A stretch of 64,000 nt of DNA from Pirellula sp. GTDB taxonomy: Bacteria; Planctomycetota; Planctomycetia; Pirellulales; Pirellulaceae. A program made the translations under genes and the position numbers. Below, in pieces: positions 38,527 through 47,668 of this stretch. The DNA lies in NCBI GenBank assembly GCA_021299695.1, contig JAJTEK010000003.1:2409-66408 (forward strand), given 5' to 3'. Numbering within the stretch: the first letter of the stretch is position 1; each line of letters starts with the position of its first letter. The notes beneath the pieces are model-generated. The model saw only the letters and a program-made list of their open reading frames with translations. It was not told the origin of the DNA and searched no databases.

Positions 38527-39645
38527 CTAGGGCGTTTCGCGTTGGCCTTTGGAGAGACTACCCCCCATTTCAAACCGCAGTGATTGGGCTTGTCCAGCCG
38601 AGTTCCTTTGGAACTCAAGCAAACCGGCCGTGTACCGAAGTCCGAACTCTGTTGGGCTATGAGGGATCATTTCCAAGAGTGGGCCGCCAAGTGTGAAATA
38701 CAGCTTGTTATCCTTGCGGAGAACTTCGTAATTCCCACCGCCTTCGCGTTGAAACTTTCCTAAGAGGCCTTCGATCTGACTTTCGGTAAGTTCGACGATT
38801 ACTGGGTCATAGGCTTCTTTCGGTGGCTCGATGGTTTCGGGAGGGAGTTCTCGCACCCATATATTTCGGAACCGAACCGGATTTCCATGATCCTGCAAAC
38901 CGATTGGAAGTTTGCCGGGTCGGTTGGTGTCGGTTCTTTTCGCGTAAGGGTGATGCTGAAGCCAGGAGGTTGGCCCGAGCGGCTTGACGTTGTCTTGGAC
39001 GAACACACCATTGTGCATCACCGTCAGTCTCGCCGGTGAGGATAAGGTTCCGTCATCGTTGTACTTTGGCGCGCGGAAGAGAATGTCAAACGCTTGCCAT
39101 TGGCCCGGCTTTCGACTTACATTAGCCATGGGTGGATACTGGCCGTAGATCGATGCGGCTTGGCCGTCTGCATACGTCACGTTGTCGAAGGAATCGAGGA
39201 TTTGGACTTCGAATTGGCTTTGCAGGAACACTCCGCTGTTTCCTCGGTTCTGACTTTTGCCTTTGGGAACCTCGGGAGAGGCCCATTCGATGTGGAGTTG
39301 GCAATCCTCAAAGCCTTGGGCTGAATAAGCATAGCCACCCCCGTTGACCGGTTCCATGGCTCCATCGCGGACGATCCACTTGGCTGGTCCACCATCGCTG
39401 TTTCGCCATGCGTCGAGCGATTTGCCGTCAAAAAGAACCACTGCATCGGAAGGAGGTGGAGTGGGTAGATGGCTCTCACCGGGCTGAACCGTAGGGGGTA
39501 AGGGGCGGTTCATGTCGTGCTGCTTCCATCCGGTGGAAAGCTGTGCGGAGGCATGTTCGGAAATCGCAAGCAAGGTTAGGTCGATGCATAGGGTTTGGAA
39601 GATCATCGCCAGTAGTTTTGGTTTTTGCAGGCAGTAGATTCGCAT
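38527..39645 (-). CDS. DUF1080 (3-keto-disaccharide hydrolase-like) protein with C-terminal extension
   Basis: LFDGKSL, GNSGVF, EVQILDS, WQAFDI, LQDHGNPVRFRNIWVREL. Confidence 0.85.
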   Translation of the reverse strand: MRIYCLQKPKLLAMIFQTLCIDLTLLAISEHASAQLSTGWKQHDMNRPLPPTVQPGESHLPTPPPSDAVVLFDGKSLDAWRNSDGGPAKWIVRDGAMEPVNGGGYAYSAQGFEDCQLHIEWASPEVPKGKSQNRGNSGVFLQSQFEVQILDSFDNVTYADGQAASIYGQYPPMANVSRKPGQWQAFDILFRAPKYNDDGTLSSPARLTVMHNGVFVQDNVKPLGPTSWLQHHPYAKRTDTNRPGKLPIGLQDHGNPVRFRNIWVRELPPETIEPPKEAYDPVIVELTESQIEGLLGKFQREGGGNYEVLRKDNKLYFTLGGPLLEMIPHSPTEFGLRYTAGLLEFQRNSAGQAQSLRFEMGGSLSKGQRETP

Positions 39646-39747
39646 AGTGATCTTTGGTTGCTTTTTAGCAGAGCCGGAAAGGAGGAGTTCTAAGTTTCGA
39701 ATTCAATACTGGAGACCGGACAAGGATGGGATCGGGTAAAGATGCGA

Positions 39748-40449
39748 CTAGGGTAGTTCCTTGATGGTCAGTTTTCGGTATCGGGCGATTGCGGTCGCCC
39801 CGCCGTGGATCTGGACTGCGATGATCCCGCGAGAGGCGATATCGGGATCGGTTTCGGTGTAGTCGACAGTTTTGGTTCCGTTAAGCCACAGCTCGATGCG
39901 ATCGCCTTGGGCTCGGATCCGATAGTGATTCCACTGGCCCAGGGGTTTAACGGCTTTCTTGAGGGTTTCTTCGTCGGGTTTGGCTAAGATTTTGTTCCTT
40001 CGACTCTCATCGTAAAGTGCGCCATCGAAACCGGCTCCAAGGTCGGCTTGGTAACCGGATACTTCATGATGATTTGGAATCCGCTTGGTCCGGAACTGAA
40101 CGCCCCCATTGATGAAACCTTCGGTTCCTTCGAGTTTCCATTCGAGTTCGAGTTCAAAGTTCTGGTACTCCGAGACAGTGGCGAGGAAGTCGTTATCTTT
40201 TTGGCGTTCTTTCAAAGAGCCTGCTGTCAGAGCCCCGTCCTCAATTCTCCAAACCGTTTTGGTGTTCCCTTCCCATCCCTCGAAGGTCTTGCCATCGAAG
40301 AGCGGTTTCGCATCCTGTGCAATTAAGGCCATAGGCCCGGCGGCCGAGGTCAGCAGGCCTATGGCCCAGGAGATCGCACTCAAGGCGTGGGGAATCAGAC
40401 GCAGGACTCGATTGCGGTTGTTTGGGTTTCTAGGGCTGACCATGCGCAT
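39748..40449 (-). CDS. DUF1080 protein
   Basis: LFDGKTFEGW, NGGVQFR, GYQAD, WNHYRI, IAVQIHGG..YRKL. Start set to ATG 40449 (or 40443). Confidence 0.85.
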   Translation of the reverse strand: MRMVSPRNPNNRNRVLRLIPHALSAISWAIGLLTSAAGPMALIAQDAKPLFDGKTFEGWEGNTKTVWRIEDGALTAGSLKERQKDNDFLATVSEYQNFELELEWKLEGTEGFINGGVQFRTKRIPNHHEVSGYQADLGAGFDGALYDESRRNKILAKPDEETLKKAVKPLGQWNHYRIRAQGDRIELWLNGTKTVDYTETDPDIASRGIIAVQIHGGATAIARYRKLTIKELP

Positions 40450-40523
40450 TTGTCTCCATGCTTGCGTGTTGAAAATCAGGTACAGGTTCGCATCGCGTTT
40501 TCGGATGTGATATCTTAGTCCGG

Positions 40524-42056
40524 ATGAATTCACCAACACCATCGGCGACATCGGTTCGTTTGCAAATTGTTTGGGTCAGTGTGCTGATGGCACTCGGATT
40601 GTACCTGACGCGAAACTCACTGGGTGAGATCGTCAAATCGGAGTCCTTTTTGCAGGATTCAGCGTTGGTGCAAGCTTCTTCGACACGATTTTCCGTGGAA
40701 TTGACCGATGGAATCGAGAATGACCAAGTCCGGTCTTGGCTCCGATCGAGGCAGACACCTAGCGACAATCCATTGGACTTTGAGAGGATCAAATTGCCTT
40801 ACATGGTCGCCGATCAATTGAGATCTGACCAAGCCGATGCGTTGGTTTCGGAACTCGAATCTCAGGGGGCAAAAGGTTTTCGGAGGATATCGAAAAATCA
40901 GATAGGGAGTATTCTTGGGGCATTCTTCTTTTCCTACGCACTTTTTCAGGTACCTGCCGGATGGTTTAGCGATCGGCTCGGTGCTCGACGAATGCTGACA
41001 CTGTATATTCTCGTGTGGTCGCTCTTGACGTGGATGACCGGCTGGGTCGGTAGTCTTTATGGATTGATGTTCGCAAGGTTCTTTTTTGGTTTTGCCCAGT
41101 CGGGGGCTTATCCGACTAGCAGTGCGATTGTGCGACGATGGTTTCCGGTCTCAAGCCGTGGTCGCGCCAGTGGGTTGATTGCATTCGGTGGTCGGTTAGG
41201 AGGAGCTTTGGCCCCATTCTTGACGACGCTGCTGATCCTACAAGTAGGTTCATGGCGAACGGTGTTATCGGTCTACGGATTGCTTGGAATCGCCATCGCT
41301 GGGGCTTATTATTGGATCGTCAGGGATCGACCCTCGGAGCATCCGGCTTGCAATCGATCCGAGCAGGAGATGATTGGCAAGATTCCTGACGATACGAAAC
41401 CCGAATTGCGTGACATCGCCAAGATGATTGGATTGTACTGTGGCAGTCGGAGTCTATGGCTCAACTCGCTAGGTCAGTTTTGCGTCAACATCGGTTGGGC
41501 ATTTCTGGTCACTTGGTTACCCACCTACCTCAAGGAGACCCATAAGGTTTCCGAGCAACAGGGTGCATTCATGGTCACTCTCGTATTGGCAACCGGGATG
41601 CTCGGTCAGTTGCTCGGTGGGCGGGCCACCGATTGGAGTGTCAAGCAATTTGGGTTGCGCAGAGGGCGAGTCTTTCCGATTGCCCTGGCCAATTGCATTG
41701 CAGGTTGCTCTTACCTGGGGTGCTTGATGATCGATTCGGTATGGGGAGTGGTGGTATGCTGCGCGATCGTTTCGCTGATGACCGATTTTGCTAATCCCTC
41801 GATTTGGGCGTTCATGCAGGATGTGGGAGGTCGCAATACCGGTGCGATCTTTGGGTGGGCCAATATGTGGGGGAACTTTGGCGCATCGGTTAGTTCGAAA
41901 GTGGTACCTCTTTTGCTCGCTTACGGTTCGAGTTCTGGTTCTGGGCAAAGTTTGGTATTCATCACCTGTGCATGTGCTTTTTTCATTGCAGGCTGCGCGG
42001 CTTTAGGAATGGATGCGACCAAGCCGCTACAGACATCCTCAAGCCCTGCGGCTTAG
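40524..42056 (+). CDS. MFS transporter (sugar-acid/ACS-like) with an inserted soluble domain
   Basis: AFFFSYALFQVPAGWFSDRLGARR, RFFFGFAQSGAYP, WFPVSSRGRASG, WANMWGNFG. Confidence 0.88.
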   Translation: MNSPTPSATSVRLQIVWVSVLMALGLYLTRNSLGEIVKSESFLQDSALVQASSTRFSVELTDGIENDQVRSWLRSRQTPSDNPLDFERIKLPYMVADQLRSDQADALVSELESQGAKGFRRISKNQIGSILGAFFFSYALFQVPAGWFSDRLGARRMLTLYILVWSLLTWMTGWVGSLYGLMFARFFFGFAQSGAYPTSSAIVRRWFPVSSRGRASGLIAFGGRLGGALAPFLTTLLILQVGSWRTVLSVYGLLGIAIAGAYYWIVRDRPSEHPACNRSEQEMIGKIPDDTKPELRDIAKMIGLYCGSRSLWLNSLGQFCVNIGWAFLVTWLPTYLKETHKVSEQQGAFMVTLVLATGMLGQLLGGRATDWSVKQFGLRRGRVFPIALANCIAGCSYLGCLMIDSVWGVVVCCAIVSLMTDFANPSIWAFMQDVGGRNTGAIFGWANMWGNFGASVSSKVVPLLLAYGSSSGSGQSLVFITCACAFFIAGCAALGMDATKPLQTSSSPAA

Positions 42057-42079
42057 TCACCTTTAGCGATCGGTTGGAC

Positions 42080-43051
42080 ATGATGCGACTTGCCACGGTA
42101 CTCACTCCAGTTTCGGATGAAAACCTACAGCTTGCGGCCCAGTGTGGGGTGAATGATCTGGTGATTCGTTATCCAGGTAACCAACCCGGTGCCATCGCCC
42201 AATGGGTCCAGCGCGCCGGGTTGCACGGGTTGGAGGTCGGGGTCGTGGAGGGCTATTTGCCGATCGAGAGGCTCAAGCTCGGGATCGACGACGGATCGGA
42301 GCTGCGTGCCATGAAGGATCTGCTCCGTTCGATGAGCGACAACTCGGTGGGATTGCTCTGCTACAACTTTATGGCAGGTACCGATTGGGCCCGTACGAGG
42401 CTCGACGCACCGGAGCGAGGTGGTGCCAAGGTTACGGCGTTTTACCTCAAGGATGTCGAGGCTTCGGTCATGCTCGGTGCTCGGCCTAGCGATGAGCAGC
42501 ATGAGCAAATCGCCAGATCTCAGACACCCCAGAAGCTCTGGGAGCATCTGGATCGGATGCTCGATCAGCTTTTGCCGATTGCAGAGTCTTGTGGAGTTAC
42601 GATGGCGATGCATCCGGACGATCCGCCCTTGGCTTCTTTATTGGAAAAGCCACGGATCATGCACAGTGTCGAGTGTTTTGATCGGTTGCTTCAAAGGTAC
42701 GATTCGCCCAGCAATGCGATTTGTTTTTGCCAGGGGACGTTTGCGACCATGGGATGCGATATACCCTCGACGATCCATCGCTTTGGAAGTCGGATTCGAT
42801 ATGTGCATTTCCGAGATGTAAGAGGAACTCCCGAAGCGTTCGAGGAGACCTTCCACGACAATGGGCCGACCGACATGGTCGCGGCGATGCGGGCCCTCAG
42901 GGAGGTAGGTTTCGAGGGTCCCATGCGCCCGGATCATGTGCCGCAGATGGTCGGCGAGGAGGATGGCGAACCGGGCTACACGATGCTCGGACGGCTATTT
43001 GCCTATGGTTATATGCGCGGTTTGATGCAAGCGACCCAGGCAAGTCGTTAG
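42080..43051 (+). CDS. uxuA: Mannonate dehydratase
   Basis: LLCYNFMAG.DWART, AMHPDDPP, FCQG, YVHFRDV, ETFHDNG, MRPDHVP, GRLFAYGY. Start set to ATG 42080/42083. Confidence 0.88.
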   Translation: MMRLATVLTPVSDENLQLAAQCGVNDLVIRYPGNQPGAIAQWVQRAGLHGLEVGVVEGYLPIERLKLGIDDGSELRAMKDLLRSMSDNSVGLLCYNFMAGTDWARTRLDAPERGGAKVTAFYLKDVEASVMLGARPSDEQHEQIARSQTPQKLWEHLDRMLDQLLPIAESCGVTMAMHPDDPPLASLLEKPRIMHSVECFDRLLQRYDSPSNAICFCQGTFATMGCDIPSTIHRFGSRIRYVHFRDVRGTPEAFEETFHDNGPTDMVAAMRALREVGFEGPMRPDHVPQMVGEEDGEPGYTMLGRLFAYGYMRGLMQATQASR

Positions 43052-43073
43052 TCGGTAGGGCAGGGGAGGGGGA

Positions 43074-43784
43074 TTAGAAAAAGGGGTTGTCTCGGGTTCG
43101 GGCCGGAGACTTTAGGATCCCTTCGACGGTCCTCAAGTCCTCCTTGGTGGTGATCTTGATATTGCTTTCGTGGCCTTCGACGATTCGGATAGCAATCCCC
43201 AACTTTTCGATGACCTGAGCGTCATCGGTAGGGTTTCCGATCGCATTTGCGTACCCGCGCTGGAGATCTTCGGTTCGGAAGACCTGAGGCGTTTGAGCTT
43301 GCCAAAGCCCGTCGCGGGGGACTGTTTCGATGATTTGGTGTGTGTTCGGATCGACCCTTTTGACCGTAGCTCGGATGGGCGAGGCGAGAATCGCAGCGCG
43401 GTGTTTGCTGGCCTCTTCGATGACTTGATTGAGGCTCTGGCGTGAGAGACACGGGCGTGCCGCGTCGTGGATGGCGACCAAGGCGATCCCTGGTCGGATC
43501 CGTTGGAGCGCATTGCGAACGCTCTGGGAACGTTCCTCTCCGCCCAGGACGACCTCGACCCCGAACAGGGTAAGGTTTCCGGCAAATTTCTCTTGCACCA
43601 TCGCTTGGTCCTCCATCGCGATGGTCATGATGATTTGTCCGATGCGGGGGTGGTCGGCAAACAGTTGGGCGCTGTATTGCCAGACGGGTTTTCCGTGGAC
43701 GGTGGCGTAGACCTTTTTTTGATAAGGGTCTTTAAAGCGGGTGCTCCGTCCGGCGGCGGCCAGGATGACAGCGACGTCTTTCAT
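43074..43784 (-). CDS. ispD: 2-C-methyl-D-erythritol 4-phosphate cytidylyltransferase
   Basis: AAAGRSTRF, GGEERSQSV, IHDAARP, QTPQVF, TDDAQ, NIKITT. Confidence 0.93.
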   Translation of the reverse strand: MKDVAVILAAAGRSTRFKDPYQKKVYATVHGKPVWQYSAQLFADHPRIGQIIMTIAMEDQAMVQEKFAGNLTLFGVEVVLGGEERSQSVRNALQRIRPGIALVAIHDAARPCLSRQSLNQVIEEASKHRAAILASPIRATVKRVDPNTHQIIETVPRDGLWQAQTPQVFRTEDLQRGYANAIGNPTDDAQVIEKLGIAIRIVEGHESNIKITTKEDLRTVEGILKSPARTRDNPFF

Positions 43785-43813
43785 CGGGGATTGCTCGGGT
43801 GGTTTTCAGGAAG

Positions 43814-44902
43814 CTAGTTTTTGGGAGCTGCGTTTCGGGGCATAAAACCGTACACGAAACAGGCGAGCATGGTCAACCAAAACGCGATGCACTCTGGCCT
43901 TCTTAGGTCATGGAAATCCAAAAGGTGGGGGATGTGTTCGATACCGTCGATGTGCTGCTCGGCGGCCCTTCCTAAGAACCAAGAGGCGTCGATCCAGTTC
44001 AGGTAGCCTTCGGTCACAGCCCGACGGTGGCTCTCGATCGCGGAGAATGTTTCTTGCCAGGAGCCTAGGACATTCCAACCACGGAAACTCCAATCGCTGT
44101 TGAAGGCCCAATCGGCCAGGAGTTTCAAGCCGATGACAATGACCAGGAGATAGGCGGATACTTCGAAGCGAGGGTAGCGTTCGAGGAGCCTTACGAAAAT
44201 CGAAGCGGCAAAACGCATCAGGATCACGCCGAGAATACCGCCAGCGACCACCACCCAGAGCTTATCGCTTTTCGAGCCCGCCAAGGCCATGGCAGCCAGG
44301 ATCGAGTCGACAGCAAAGGCGATATCGGTCAGTTCGATAACCGCGACGGTTTTCCAAAACTTCCAATTGTTGTGAGATGGAACATCGCAGACTGCTTGTT
44401 CGGGCGGGGTGTTGGCCGCCGGCGTTTCAATGCTCTCTTCAGTAACAAGGCTTGCGGCGATCGGAACGCGTTGCTCGATTTCCGATTTGAGCCGCTGCTC
44501 GTTCAGTTCCTCGCCGGTGTAAGCATCGACGAGGCCCGGTTGGCCTTCTTTGTCCAGGACAACCAATTCCTCTTCGGCATCGTCCCAAAAAAGATGCTTG
44601 ACGGCAATGTAGACCAAATACGCGCCGCCAATGAATTTGACGATCGTCCATTGGAGCAGGTAGGCCGACAAGCAAATCGCGATAACTCGAAAAACAAACG
44701 CTCCGATCAGCCCATAGGAAAGGGCCTTCGCCCGCTGGTGCTTGGGCAAACGCTTGACGAGCATTCCCAGCACCAAAGCGTTGTCGATCGATAAAAGACC
44801 TTCGAGGACGATGAGTAAGCCGATGACCACCAAGTCGGAGGTTTCGACGCTTTGTCCTAAAATATTGACCGCTAAGGGAAAAACCGAAAAAAAGTCTGTC
44901 AT
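43814..44902 (-). CDS. TerC-family membrane protein
   Basis: LEGLLSIDNALVL, IELTDIAFAVDSILAA, GVILMRFAA; acidic internal loop and C-terminal extension. Confidence 0.9.
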   Translation of the reverse strand: MTDFFSVFPLAVNILGQSVETSDLVVIGLLIVLEGLLSIDNALVLGMLVKRLPKHQRAKALSYGLIGAFVFRVIAICLSAYLLQWTIVKFIGGAYLVYIAVKHLFWDDAEEELVVLDKEGQPGLVDAYTGEELNEQRLKSEIEQRVPIAASLVTEESIETPAANTPPEQAVCDVPSHNNWKFWKTVAVIELTDIAFAVDSILAAMALAGSKSDKLWVVVAGGILGVILMRFAASIFVRLLERYPRFEVSAYLLVIVIGLKLLADWAFNSDWSFRGWNVLGSWQETFSAIESHRRAVTEGYLNWIDASWFLGRAAEQHIDGIEHIPHLLDFHDLRRPECIAFWLTMLACFVYGFMPRNAAPKN

Positions 44903-45123
44903 TTAGTTTATTGGACGGTTCGGTAGCTGGAATGAGGGATGTAGGGGGGATCTCGGGAAATCTCCGGTGCATGAGGATACCTGAGGATAACCGTTTCGGC
45001 ACCAGGGTTGACCTAGAGTCACTGGAAACTTCGCGTTTCATTGATAAACTGGGGACTTCCGCAGTCGGCAACGGCCGAACTATTTTTTGACGTTCAATTT
45101 CCGGTATTTTACGGATCGATGGT

Positions 45124-46791
45124 ATGGCTGAAAACGAAGAGCAAACCCCGGAGTCCCCGACGACCCATTCTGGGGCCCCAAATGGGCAAAAACAAGGCGC
45201 GGCAGGTCCCCTGAACCTTGAGGCGATTCGCCGAGCTAGGATGGCCCAGGAGCAATCCACTCGAAGTTCCCAACCCGAACCGAAGCGTCGCAAAGATGCC
45301 AACGGTCCGCAGGGCAATCAATCCGGGCGTTCTGGAACATCCACGAATAAGCTTTCAGAGGCGGCGATCGGTGGGCAAGCCCCAGCCAAGGGGACCTCGG
45401 AGGAAATCGTCGTTGACCGGCCCGACGCGATGGACCCTCAGACCATCGACGCAGCGAAAATCGACGCAGCGAAAATCGATGCAGAGTCGATGCCCGAGCG
45501 ATATCGGTCCAACAAGGATTCAGCGCCCGCTGTAGCGGCCAAGGTTCCGGTTCCGACCTCTCGGCGTAGGGACCAACAAGAGGACTCGGAATTGGCCGAG
45601 GCGCTCGAAGGTGCCGATCTCGAGCACCTGATGATCGGGGAAAAGAACGCCGGCCGTGTCGGGGTCGCCTTGGAGATCGGCAATCGATACCAGGCCCGAG
45701 TGATCAAGGTCCATAATGCAAATGTTTTCGTGAGTTTGGGTGGCCCGAACGAAGGCGTTGTGCCCTTGTTGCAATTCCTGGACATGCCGACCGAGGGCCA
45801 GCAGATCGACGTCATGATCCGGTCTTTTAATGCCGAAGAGGGCCTCTATGAGTTGGGTTTGCCAGGCGAGGCAGTCACGGCCAACGACTGGGCCGATCTC
45901 GAAGAGGGTGCCATTGTCGAAGCGAAGATCGAGAGCGCAAATTCCGGTGGTGTCGAGTGTAAAGTTGGGAACATCCGTGGGTTCATCCCCATGAGTCAGC
46001 TTTCCGAGTACCGCATCGAATCGGCCGCCGATTACATAGGACAAAAGCTTCTTTGCCTTGTGACCGAAGCGAACCAAAGGCGTGGAAATTTGGTCCTTTC
46101 GCACCGCTCGGTTTTGGAACGAGAAAAGCAAGAGAAAAAACAAGAGCGGCTCGCGACCCTCGAAATCGGTCAACTCTGCGAAGGTACGGTCCGCAAGTTG
46201 ATGGATTTTGGCGCGTTTGTCGATATCGGAGGGCTCGATGGCCTGATTCATATCACGCAGCTTTCCTGGGAGAAAATCAAGCATCCATCGGAGGTGCTCA
46301 ACGAGGGGGACAAGGTTCAGGTTCGGATCGAGAAATTCGATCCCAAGACCGCCAAGATTTCCCTGTCCTACCGCTCGTTGCAAGATGACCCTTGGAGTGA
46401 CGTCGAGGCTCGCTTTCCAGTGGGATCTACCGTCAAGGGTGCCGTATCGCGTTTGGCTGAATTCGGCGCGTTCGTGAAATTATCCACCGGGATCGAAGGG
46501 CTCATCCACATTTCGGAGTTAGCCCATCGACGCGTCAGCAGTGTTTCGCAGGTTCTAGCCGAGGGCCAAGAGGTCGAGGTCAAGATTTTGAGCGTCGACC
46601 AGAACGCCCAACGGATCGGCTTATCGCTCAAAGCAACGCAGGCCAAGCCTGGCGCTACGCAATCCGAGGTCAAGGACGAAGCCGAACCAGAGATCGTCAA
46701 ACGCGACAGTGCCGTCAAGAAGTTTCAGGGCCCGCTCCGTGGGGGCACCGGCCCGAGCCATGGCGGAGATTTGTTCGGGCTGAAGCTTTGA
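45124..46791 (+). CDS. S1 RNA-binding domain protein (four S1 repeats, long disordered N-terminus; ribosomal S1-like paralogue)
   Basis: GFIPMSQL, FGAFVDIGGLDGLIHITQLSW, FGAFVKL..GIEGLIHISELA, RIGLSLK. Confidence 0.85.
   Translation: MAENEEQTPESPTTHSGAPNGQKQGAAGPLNLEAIRRARMAQEQSTRSSQPEPKRRKDANGPQGNQSGRSGTSTNKLSEAAIGGQAPAKGTSEEIVVDRPDAMDPQTIDAAKIDAAKIDAESMPERYRSNKDSAPAVAAKVPVPTSRRRDQQEDSELAEALEGADLEHLMIGEKNAGRVGVALEIGNRYQARVIKVHNANVFVSLGGPNEGVVPLLQFLDMPTEGQQIDVMIRSFNAEEGLYELGLPGEAVTANDWADLEEGAIVEAKIESANSGGVECKVGNIRGFIPMSQLSEYRIESAADYIGQKLLCLVTEANQRRGNLVLSHRSVLEREKQEKKQERLATLEIGQLCEGTVRKLMDFGAFVDIGGLDGLIHITQLSWEKIKHPSEVLNEGDKVQVRIEKFDPKTAKISLSYRSLQDDPWSDVEARFPVGSTVKGAVSRLAEFGAFVKLSTGIEGLIHISELAHRRVSSVSQVLAEGQEVEVKILSVDQNAQRIGLSLKATQAKPGATQSEVKDEAEPEIVKRDSAVKKFQGPLRGGTGPSHGGDLFGLKL
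45445..45484. repeat. Intragenic 15-bp tandem repeat (2.7 copies) encoding IDAAK
   Basis: ATCGACGCAGCGAAA x2 followed by ATCGATGCAG. Confidence 0.8.
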
Positions 46792-46820
46792 TAGAGATCC
46801 GGCTGCTTGGAAGAAAAGAA

Positions 46821-46851
46821 CGCAAAGACGCCAGGGCGCAAAGACGCAAAG
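46821..46851. repeat. 8-bp-period CGCAAAGA repeat in a convergent intergenic gap
   Basis: CGCAAAGA-CGCCAGGG-CGCAAAGA-CGCAAAG. Confidence 0.6.
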
Positions 46852-46894
46852 TTAGTGGATCTCCCGCAGAGATCCCCTATCTGATCGATAGCGG

Positions 46895-47668
46895 CTATCG
46901 AAAAAACCTTAGAGACCCAAATCCAATGATAGGTAGCCCAGGGATCCGTTTGCCGTACTCGTGATAAGGTTCGCCGATGAACTTCAATAGTCGACGGTCT
47001 TTGAAGTAGCTCCCTGCATAAATGTACAATGTCCAAACGACTGTCAGAATCGCATGATCGAGCGTCATGACCGGGGTAAACCAGATCAGACCTAAGAAGC
47101 TCATGTAGACAGGATGCCGCATGTACCGAAAGGCCCCTTGAGTGACAAACTCACGCTTGGGCGGCTTTTGGTCTCGAAACCAATACCACCACTGGGTCAA
47201 ACCTGTTTGGTACCCAAAGCCAGTCCAATACAGACTGTAGAGCAAGCCGATCCAAGATCCGTAAAAGCAAGCCAAGAGGACCTGTTCTGTCCAACCCGTT
47301 GCGTGCCAGATCTCCATCGGCATGCGTCCCCAATAGTGGAACATCGCAAGCAAGCTCAAGCAACTTGTCATGCAGTGCAAGCACCCTAGCAGACCGCTGG
47401 GTATCCATTGCCGCAACCATCTCGAGGTCGGTGGTGCGAGCAAAATACTATGCGGAACAGCAAAGCAAACCGCAAGCAACGTATCTACCATCCAGGCTTG
47501 TCGGTACTCGCTCCAGCCGCCATAACGCAAAAACAAAAACAAATAAACTACCGTCCACAAAAAAAGCATCTGGGTTCCTATCCCAAATGCGGTCCCGGCT
47601 AGCCTGCCTAATCGACGATACAGAGTCGAGCCGGAGAACTCCTGCACCTGAACGCTTGCCTGACTCAC
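46895..47668 (-). CDS. ICMT/MddA/nurim-like integral membrane methyltransferase
   Basis: FAVPHSIL, GYQTGL, RHPVYMSFLGLIWFTPVMTLDH; multi-TM. GTGA overlap with the upstream stop. Confidence 0.75.
   Translation of the reverse strand: MSQASVQVQEFSGSTLYRRLGRLAGTAFGIGTQMLFLWTVVYLFLFLRYGGWSEYRQAWMVDTLLAVCFAVPHSILLAPPTSRWLRQWIPSGLLGCLHCMTSCLSLLAMFHYWGRMPMEIWHATGWTEQVLLACFYGSWIGLLYSLYWTGFGYQTGLTQWWYWFRDQKPPKREFVTQGAFRYMRHPVYMSFLGLIWFTPVMTLDHAILTVVWTLYIYAGSYFKDRRLLKFIGEPYHEYGKRIPGLPIIGFGSLRFFR

Noticed and set aside
44439-45317. 292-aa minus-strand ORF spanning the terC/S1 divergent region
   Set aside because: Overlaps two well-supported genes; composition is not protein-like.
45124-46791. Calling this the canonical rpsA
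   Set aside because: Only four clear S1 repeats and a long low-complexity N-terminus; cannot tell from a paralogue without the genome.
46885-46901. Inverted repeat TCGATAGC-g-GCTATCGA
   Set aside because: Overlaps a stop codon, has a 1-nt loop, and the T-tract is on the wrong side for a terminator.
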